DNA from: an uncultured Actinomycetes bacterium
Lineage (GTDB): Bacteria; Actinomycetota; Acidimicrobiia; Acidimicrobiales; CADCTF01
DNA length: 64,000 nt
Reading direction: 5' to 3'
Assembly (NCBI GenBank): GCA_963750255.1
Contig: CAVVPZ010000009.1
Location: 48,038 to 112,037, forward strand
Under the pieces are notes generated by a model. It did no database searches. It saw only the letters and a program-made list of their open reading frames with translations, and was not told the origin of the DNA. Positions within the stretch are counted from its first letter, which is position 1, and each line of letters begins with the position of its first letter. Of this stretch, positions 57,290 to 64,000 are shown piece by piece. The position numbers were made by a program, and so were the translations under genes.

Positions 57290-59064
57290 TGTTCACTCGT
57301 CTCCGTCCGACCCATCCCCGCGACGAGCAGGGCGCCGTGCTCGTGCTCGTCGCCCTCTTGATGACGGGGCTCTTCACGGCGAGCGCGATGGCCATCGACC
57401 TCGGCCGAGTTGCCCAGACCAAGCGCCAAGAACAGTCGTTGGCCGACATCGTTGCCATCGACGCCGCTCGTGCCCTCGAGGACGGTGTGTCGACGGCGGT
57501 CATCTATCCGCGGGTCGACGCCGCGGCGCGCGAGAGCGCAGCCCGCAACGGCTACCTGCTCGCCGAGATCGACGAGATGGTCGTCACCGTCGGCAAGTGG
57601 GACGACATCACTCGCACGTTCGAGCCGTACTCGCCCACCGATCCCGTCACCGGCCTCAAGGTGCCCGACGCCGTCGACGTACGCACCGTCGACCAGGTCA
57701 AGTTCCTGTTCAACGCCGGCTCGGCCAACCCGGCCCGTCATGCGACGGCCATCCACCGCCTGGCCGGGTCCACCTGCGTCGGGGTCTGCATCGACCCGCC
57801 CCCGCCGCCGCCCCCCGTGTGCGTCGGGGTTTGCGCGCCGACGACGACCACGGCACCGTCCCCGCCTCGGGTCCCGTCGGCGAGCTCGGGCTTGACCATC
57901 GGTTCGTTCCTCGTGCGGGGCACGCCGTCCGCGCCGCACCTCAACGCGCTGCTGGCCGCGTACACGGGTTCGCCCGCTGTCCAGGGCACGGCCATCGGCT
58001 ACCAGGGCCTGGCTGACGCCACCTTCACCCTCGATGAGCTGCGGACCGCGCTTCGCTTCGGCACGATCCAGCAGTTGCTCGACGCCGACATCGAGCTGAG
58101 CGACCTGCTCCTAGCCCAGGCCGACATTCTCGATTCGAAAGCGTCGTCGTCGGCCCGGGTGGCGGCGGCTGAGTTGCGACCGGTGGCCCGGTCGATCAAC
58201 GGTCGCCGGGGCCCGGTTCGCTTGCGCAACATGATCTCGGTCTCGACCGGCTCGGAGGCGGCTGCCGCGGTGCGGACGATGCCGGCGCTGCCCATCGTGA
58301 TGGGCTCGGCGATGCTGGCCAACAAGTCCAACCTCCTCGACGTCGACCTCGGGGCTCTCGCACCGGGGTTCGATTCCGCCGCCCTCAAGTTCTCGGTGGT
58401 CGAGGCGCCCAAGTCGTCGATCGGCCCGGCCCTGCTCGGCCCGGACGGCAAGTGGACGACGGCGGCCCGCACGTCGCAGATCCACGCCCAGCTCGAGCTC
58501 ACCATTCGCGACGATGAGCTCGGCGTCGTGTCGCTGCCCGTCTACTTCCAGGGCGCCGAGGGCTATGGCTCGCTCACCCGGGTCGCCTGCCCGGTGGCCG
58601 GTGCGTATGCCACGGGCCTGAGCGTCGACACCTCGGCGCTCTCGGTGTCGATCGGCCGTGCCGTGGTGCTGGCCGACGGCGTATCGAGCGTGGTCCCCGC
58701 CCGGGTGTTCAGCCTCGCCGGGGCTGCGGTCACCGGCTCGTCGACGGCGTCGATCGCCGGCTCGTATCGCGACCTCGACTTCTCCTGGTCCCGGGCCACG
58801 AACGAGACCACGCCGCCCCAGTCCGAGGCCGTGGGGGCGTCGTTGCCGGATGCCTCGGTGGGTGACTCCCTCGGCGTGTCGCTGTCACTGACCACCGCCC
58901 TCGGGACCGTCCCGCCCCGCATCTCCAACCGGCTCGCCCCGGTCCTGACCCGTCTCGATGCCGTGCTCGCCCCGCTGGTGTCGAGCCTCGGTCTCGAGAT
59001 CGGCGGCGCCGACGTCTACGGCCACGCACCGTCGTGCACTGCACCCCAACTCGTCACCCCCTAA
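57289..59064 (+). CDS. tadG: TadG-like pilus protein (591 aa)
   Basis: EQG|AVLVLVALL, AIDLGR, LADIVAIDAA; TGATG coupling with tadE. Confidence 0.85.
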   Translation: MFTRLRPTHPRDEQGAVLVLVALLMTGLFTASAMAIDLGRVAQTKRQEQSLADIVAIDAARALEDGVSTAVIYPRVDAAARESAARNGYLLAEIDEMVVTVGKWDDITRTFEPYSPTDPVTGLKVPDAVDVRTVDQVKFLFNAGSANPARHATAIHRLAGSTCVGVCIDPPPPPPPVCVGVCAPTTTTAPSPPRVPSASSGLTIGSFLVRGTPSAPHLNALLAAYTGSPAVQGTAIGYQGLADATFTLDELRTALRFGTIQQLLDADIELSDLLLAQADILDSKASSSARVAAAELRPVARSINGRRGPVRLRNMISVSTGSEAAAAVRTMPALPIVMGSAMLANKSNLLDVDLGALAPGFDSAALKFSVVEAPKSSIGPALLGPDGKWTTAARTSQIHAQLELTIRDDELGVVSLPVYFQGAEGYGSLTRVACPVAGAYATGLSVDTSALSVSIGRAVVLADGVSSVVPARVFSLAGAAVTGSSTASIAGSYRDLDFSWSRATNETTPPQSEAVGASLPDASVGDSLGVSLSLTTALGTVPPRISNRLAPVLTRLDAVLAPLVSSLGLEIGGADVYGHAPSCTAPQLVTP

Positions 59065-59068
59065 ATCC

Positions 59069-59118
59069 GGTTTTGGGCAGGATGAGAGCGCGATCGCGCT
59101 CTCATCCTGCCCAAAACG
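59069..59118. repeat. Family A palindrome, copy 5
   Basis: ggttttgggcaggatgagagcgcga|tcgcgctctcatcctgcccaaaacg, between convergent genes. Confidence 0.95.
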
Positions 59119-59120
59119 AG

Positions 59121-61634
59121 TTATTCGGCGACGGCGACGGCGGCGATCGGGGAGGGCGGCGGGTTGGCGCCCAGGGATCCGAAGAACGCCTTGTCGGTGA
59201 AGGTGAAGATGCCGCCGTCGGTACCGACCATCAGGTAGCCGTTGCCGAAGCGGACCATGCCGGTGATGGGACCGTTGAGCCGGACCGAGCCCATCGATCC
59301 GCGGAACGGGGCGTCGAAGGAGAAGATGCCGCCGTCAGAGGCGACGAGCCAGTAGCCCGAGCCGTCGCCGTCGGGGACCAATGACTGCACGGGGGCATTC
59401 AGCCGGGTGCCCCCCATCGAGCCCTGGAACCGAGCATCGCCGAAGGTGAAGATGCCGCCGTCGCTGGCCACCATGTAGTACCCGTGGCCGGAGGGTGTCG
59501 GGATCGAGTCGAGCACGGGGCCGTTGAGGCGCGCTGCTGACATGTCCCCCCTGAAGACGGCGTCGCCGAAGGCCACGACGCGACCGCGGGTGGTGAAGAG
59601 CCAATAGCCGCGACCCGACGGAGTGGCCGAGATGCTCGTGACCGCCTCACCTGCGTTGAGGGCGCCGTTGATGGACCCGAGATAGGGGGCGTCGCCGAAG
59701 GTGTACAGGTGGCCCGTGTCGGTCACGATCCAATACCCGCCAAGGCTCGGCGTCGGCTCGATGTCGACGGCACGCATGCCGGCCGGCAGCGGTCCGGCGT
59801 TGCCGAAGTGGCCGGCATCGCCGAAGCCGTAAACGGCGCCCGCCGCGCTCACCATCCAGTAGCCCGACCTCGAGGGGGGCGACGCCGGTGCGGTCGTGGT
59901 GGTCGTCGGCCGGACCGTGGTCGTCGGGGCCACCGTGGTCGTGGTGGCGGGCGCGACCGTCGTCGTCGATGACGTGGTGGTCGACGCCGGGGAGAGCGGC
60001 GTTGCGGAGGCCAGCAGGGAGTATGGGCTCCCGCCGAGGGTGGGAACGAAATTCTCGAGTTGCACGAAATGATCGCCCCCAGCCACCACGTCGAAGGTGG
60101 CTGACTCACTCAACCCTGATGGGTCGATGTCGCGTTCGACGAGAAGGGAGCCGTCGGGACCGTAGATGCGCAGGATCGGGTCGAAGGCCCGGGTGATGGA
60201 TTCGGGAGCCGGGGGCGTGACCTTTACCGTGACCCGCTGGTTGCCGGGAACCGGAAGGCGGAACCAATCGACATCCTCCTCGGGGGCGATCGTCGCCGTC
60301 CGAGCCGTACCGAGCGAGAGGAGCGACGGCGTCGTTCGGGTGTTGTTGGGTTCGAGTGCGTCGCCTGGCGCAGGCGGCACCGCCGCCTGTGTCGCCGCTG
60401 GACCGACGGCGGCGGCAGCGTCGACGAGGCCGAAGCCGTAGGCGTCGTCGCGGCCGGAGGGGCCCGTGTCGCGAGCCGTGTCGGTGAGTTGCTGGTCGAC
60501 CTGTGCGCGTGTCCACGTCGGATGTTGGGACCGGACGAGGCCAGCGATCCCAGCCACCAACGGCGACGCGAACGAGGTGCCGGCCACCGTGGCGTAGTCG
60601 GCGCCGACCTTGGTCACTCGGATCGCGTAGCCCGGGGCGGCGAGGTCGACCCAGGGGCCGTGCAAGCTGAACTCGACGACCTCGCCCGAGTTGGTGGTGG
60701 CGGCCACGCCGAGTACTCCCGGGTAGGCGGCCGGAAAGACGGGCTCTTTGAACAGGGTGCCGGAGCCGAGGTTGCCGGCGGCGGCGACCACGACGACGTC
60801 GGCGGCTACTGCTTCGGCCACGGCATCGCGCAACACATTGGAGGATCCGTATCCGCCGAGCGACAGGTTGATGACGTCGGCGCCATGGGACACGGCCCAG
60901 CGGATGCCGGCGGCGACGTTGCTGTCGGATCCGGTGCCCACGTTGTCGAGCACGCGGACGGGCAGGATCTTGGCCGTCCATGCGGCGCCGGCGATACCAA
61001 CGGCGTTGTTGGTCGTGGCGGCGGCGACGCCGGCTACCTCAGTGCCGTGTCCCGCCTCGTCTTGGGGGAGGGCGTCGTTGTCAACGAAGTCGTACCCGGG
61101 AAGAACGCGCGTCGCGAGGTCGGGATGGGTCATTTCGATGCCGCTATCGACAACGGCGATGACGAGGTCGTCGGCACCCTTGATCGTGTCCCACGCCAAG
61201 GGAAGTCGAACGAGATCGAGACCGGGTTGGTTGCCACTCGTGTACTCGGGGTCGTTCGGCGCCTCCAAGGCGCGGCGCACGAGGTCGAAGTCGGCGCTGG
61301 CGACCGCAGAATCGGCCGCCAACTGGGACCGAAGTCGCCCGACGTCGCGACCACTGGTCGCGACCTTGACGTAGCCCGCCGCATCCGTGCGGCCTCGGGT
61401 CAGGCGATGACGGCGGAGCACGGCGTCGCCTTGGGCCGCGGAGACGTGAGGGTTGAAGCGCACCACGAGGTGCGTCGGGTCGATCTCAGCCGCCGTGCTG
61501 GCGTCGCGGAGTGGGGCGGCGGAAGCCCGTTCGGCCGCCGGCGGACCTATCGCCACCAGCGCGACAGTCAGCGAAAAGGCCGTCAACGCTGCTCCCCATC
61601 GCAGACGGCGCCCGCCTGTCCGCCGAATCCTCAC
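59121..61634 (-). CDS. Secreted S8 subtilase with PPC-like domain and six C-terminal GYWxV..DGG repeats
   Basis: Signal peptide; catalytic AVVDSG, GHGTEVAG, AAAGN, GTSFASP; EDVDWF PPC-like domain; Thr linker. Confidence 0.94.
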   Translation of the reverse strand: MRIRRTGGRRLRWGAALTAFSLTVALVAIGPPAAERASAAPLRDASTAAEIDPTHLVVRFNPHVSAAQGDAVLRRHRLTRGRTDAAGYVKVATSGRDVGRLRSQLAADSAVASADFDLVRRALEAPNDPEYTSGNQPGLDLVRLPLAWDTIKGADDLVIAVVDSGIEMTHPDLATRVLPGYDFVDNDALPQDEAGHGTEVAGVAAATTNNAVGIAGAAWTAKILPVRVLDNVGTGSDSNVAAGIRWAVSHGADVINLSLGGYGSSNVLRDAVAEAVAADVVVVAAAGNLGSGTLFKEPVFPAAYPGVLGVAATTNSGEVVEFSLHGPWVDLAAPGYAIRVTKVGADYATVAGTSFASPLVAGIAGLVRSQHPTWTRAQVDQQLTDTARDTGPSGRDDAYGFGLVDAAAAVGPAATQAAVPPAPGDALEPNNTRTTPSLLSLGTARTATIAPEEDVDWFRLPVPGNQRVTVKVTPPAPESITRAFDPILRIYGPDGSLLVERDIDPSGLSESATFDVVAGGDHFVQLENFVPTLGGSPYSLLASATPLSPASTTTSSTTTVAPATTTTVAPTTTVRPTTTTTAPASPPSRSGYWMVSAAGAVYGFGDAGHFGNAGPLPAGMRAVDIEPTPSLGGYWIVTDTGHLYTFGDAPYLGSINGALNAGEAVTSISATPSGRGYWLFTTRGRVVAFGDAVFRGDMSAARLNGPVLDSIPTPSGHGYYMVASDGGIFTFGDARFQGSMGGTRLNAPVQSLVPDGDGSGYWLVASDGGIFSFDAPFRGSMGSVRLNGPITGMVRFGNGYLMVGTDGGIFTFTDKAFFGSLGANPPPSPIAAVAVAE

Positions 61635-61655
61635 GAGCCTTGAGGGTATCGCCGC

Positions 61656-62840
61656 TCAGTTCGTCGTACGGATCACGCTGCGTTCGCTGTTGAGCGCGCG
61701 GTTGCCGATGGCGAGGAGCGCAGTGCACCACGCGGCGGTCGCCGCAACTGCGAGGGCACCGTGGCCGGCAGTCAGCGCGCCGATGGCGATGTCGCGCACG
61801 CAGAGGAGGAGCCCGAAGAAAGGGAGGACCAGGAGTTGCGGCGTCGTGACGATGCCGCTGCGGAACTGGAGCAGCGAGCCGAGCAAGAAGACGGGAAGCG
61901 TGGCCATCTGGAGGACGGAGCCCAACTCGGCGCTGGTGCGACTGGCCGAACCGACGGTTGTGCCGAGCACGACGAGGAGACAGAGGAGCGCGCCGCCGAG
62001 ACCGACGGCGACGGAAATGTCGGCGAAGGGCAATTCCACGGGTTGACCGCCGTCGCCGACGGGCATGAACCGGGCGCCGTACAAGGGCAGGACCACTGCC
62101 AAGAGCGTGACCGACCCGATCGCCAAGGTGGCCAGCGCCTTGCCCAGGAGGATCTCTGCGCGTCGGAACGGCAACAACAACAGGGGCTCGAACACCCGCT
62201 GGTCCTTGGATCCGCTGATGCGTTGGGCGGCGACGCCGACGGTGCCGGAGAGGGGCAACAGGACAAGCAGGGGGAGGGCGGTGGCCAGCCCAAGCCGTCT
62301 GCCCCGCGGTGTGGTCGAAAGATCGACCGCCATCGTGGTGATGGGCCGCACTGCCGCAGGGGAGAGTCCCACCTCTGCCAGCCGAGCATCGGCGATGGCC
62401 AGGCCGCTCCGGTCGAGGGCCTGGGCAACGGCCCCGGCTCCTGCCCGCGAGCGCGACCGGCCACTGAGTACGAGGAGCCGGCCCCGGACCTGACCGTCGG
62501 GCCGCTCGAGGGTCGACGTCGCGGTTTCGAGCACCAGGCCGACGTCGGCCCGCTTGGCGGTGACGACGCTGGCGGCATCGTTGCGGGCGACGAGGTCGAA
62601 ACGCGAGGGCGGCAACGCTCCGGCCAGTGCTTTCACATCATCGGCGGACCCCTGGACGGCGACCCGATAGACGGCGCGCGCCTGCTGATCGGATTCGCGT
62701 CCGGCGAGGATTCCGGGCAGGAGGAGCAGGAAGCTCACGGTGACAAAGGGAATGAGCAGCAGCCCGAGCCAGATGCTGCGCTGGCGCCGGAGATCGAGCA
62801 GGTCGTGGGCCGCGACGAGGCGCACCGAGCGGAGGTTCAC
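61656..62840 (-). CDS. ABC-2 type permease (NatB-like)
   Basis: GSKDQRVFEPLLLLP...EILLGK; multi-TM. Confidence 0.85.
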   Translation of the reverse strand: MNLRSVRLVAAHDLLDLRRQRSIWLGLLLIPFVTVSFLLLLPGILAGRESDQQARAVYRVAVQGSADDVKALAGALPPSRFDLVARNDAASVVTAKRADVGLVLETATSTLERPDGQVRGRLLVLSGRSRSRAGAGAVAQALDRSGLAIADARLAEVGLSPAAVRPITTMAVDLSTTPRGRRLGLATALPLLVLLPLSGTVGVAAQRISGSKDQRVFEPLLLLPFRRAEILLGKALATLAIGSVTLLAVVLPLYGARFMPVGDGGQPVELPFADISVAVGLGGALLCLLVVLGTTVGSASRTSAELGSVLQMATLPVFLLGSLLQFRSGIVTTPQLLVLPFFGLLLCVRDIAIGALTAGHGALAVAATAAWCTALLAIGNRALNSERSVIRTTN

Positions 62841-64000
62841 TTACCGAGCCTGAGCACGGAGCCCTCAGCGTCGAGGAGCGAGACGGCTCGGCGAATCAGG
62901 ACCACGCAGGCGGCCAGGCACCCGGCGGCAGCCAAGGCCGTGGGGCCAGCCTCGAAGCCAGTGGCAACCGCATCCCGGACCAACAGCATCGGACCCAACA
63001 CCGGGACGAGAAGAATGGGACCTCGGGCTTCGACGTCGATGAGGAAGGGCGTCGCCGCGACCATGGCGAAGACGCCGAGTTGGGCGAGCGTGACGAAGAT
63101 CGAACCCTCGCCCCCCGAGTGCGCCCGTGCCCCGGCGTAAAGACCGACGGCGGTGAAGAACCCACCGAAGAGTCCGATGCCCAGGAGGAGGGCGGCGGCG
63201 ACCTCAACCGGCCCGGCCACCGTGGACGTGACCGCCGCGACGGCGACGGTGAGTCCGACGACCAGTGGCACGAAGAGCAGCGCGGCGGCAGCGAACCCGA
63301 CCGTCATCGTCGCGCCGCCGATGCCGAGGAGGATCTCGAGGCGCCGCACCGGAAGGACCAGCAACGGTTCGAGGACGCGGCGGTCCTTGGCTCCGGCCAG
63401 CCGCTCCTCGGCCGAGGTCATCAGCCCGAACAACTGAATGACCAACAACGCGGGAAGACCCTGTGCGATACCGAACCGGGTGCCGTCGCCCGACGACGAG
63501 GTGAGGTCGACGACCCGGAGCGCGAAGGGTGATGCCACCTCGGGGGGCAGGTCGGCCGCCCGCAGGCTGCCGGCCGCCACCGATGATCGAAACTCCGCCA
63601 GCCTACGGGTGACGGCGTCGGCGCCGAAGCGAGACCGGGACTTCTGCGGGAGCGACAGCACCTCGATGGCGACCGGCTGTCCGACGTGGACGTCGGAGGC
63701 CGCCGTCGGCGCGACCACGACGGCGACATCGGCGGTGTCGGTGATGACGGCGAGCGGGGCGTCGCGGGACGAGCGCACTTCGAGTGGCGCGTGATCGAGG
63801 GCCCCTCGGAGTCCGCTCACGGCGCTGGCCGGCCCCTGCAGGGCGACCGTGAAGGTCTGGCGTTTGTCGCGGGCGTCGGCGGCTCGGAAGCCAAGCACCG
63901 GAACGGCGAGCAGCAACATCAACAAGACGGGTTGGAAGAAGAGTCGGCGCCATACCCGCCGCTGGCGGCGGTAATCGAGCAGCTCGCGCCCGAAGATGAG
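62837..64000 (-). CDS. ABC-2 type permease (NatB-like), 5' end outside window
   Basis: GAKDRRVLEPLLVLPVRRLEILLG; paralog of the downstream permease; frame open to the window edge. Confidence 0.85.
   Translation of the reverse strand, partial: LIFGRELLDYRRQRRVWRRLFFQPVLLMLLLAVPVLGFRAADARDKRQTFTVALQGPASAVSGLRGALDHAPLEVRSSRDAPLAVITDTADVAVVVAPTAASDVHVGQPVAIEVLSLPQKSRSRFGADAVTRRLAEFRSSVAAGSLRAADLPPEVASPFALRVVDLTSSSGDGTRFGIAQGLPALLVIQLFGLMTSAEERLAGAKDRRVLEPLLVLPVRRLEILLGIGGATMTVGFAAAALLFVPLVVGLTVAVAAVTSTVAGPVEVAAALLLGIGLFGGFFTAVGLYAGARAHSGGEGSIFVTLAQLGVFAMVAATPFLIDVEARGPILLVPVLGPMLLVRDAVATGFEAGPTALAAAGCLAACVVLIRRAVSLLDAEGSVLRLGK

Noticed and set aside
1..64000. Genome-wide TAG reassignment
   Set aside because: Several genes (PIG-L, SRPBCC, tadC, cpaB) end at TAG at their expected C-termini.

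Overview
High-GC actinobacterial chromosomal window, most consistent with Acidimicrobiia (inferred from gene content and the GYWLVASDGG surface-protein repeats). It carries many single-base indels that look like long-read consensus errors, densest at 10.6-13.3 kb. Contents: PBP1A, HU plus a separate histone-H1-like ORF, cofC, gpsA, a six-hairpin glycosidase-like gene and an adenylate cyclase, a GH38 mannosidase, selD, rnhB, a split arginine dihydrolase/ornithine cyclodeaminase pair, gdh, MarR-MFS and a 2.7-kaa secreted multidomain protein. An imuA'-imuB / dnaE2 mutasome is split by an 8-kb uncharacterised operon, with a LexA box on each half. Also present are two VapBC modules, a Tad pilus locus, a subtilase and two ABC permeases. 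No tRNA, rRNA, CRISPR or transposase was seen. Most notable: (1) two families of fixed-length 47-50 bp intergenic palindromes, one with compensatory changes and a GCGATCGC core; (2) an HU gene whose PAKK tail lies in frame beyond a single TAG; (3) an RNase HII ending in a QLDLF beta-clamp motif; (4) a membrane protein with PmoC/AmoC-like D-x3-H-x12-H metal motifs; (5) a PxxxxDPxG motif behind a Cys-bounded hydrophobic hairpin in the giant protein. All calls come from reading motifs by eye; no database searches were run.
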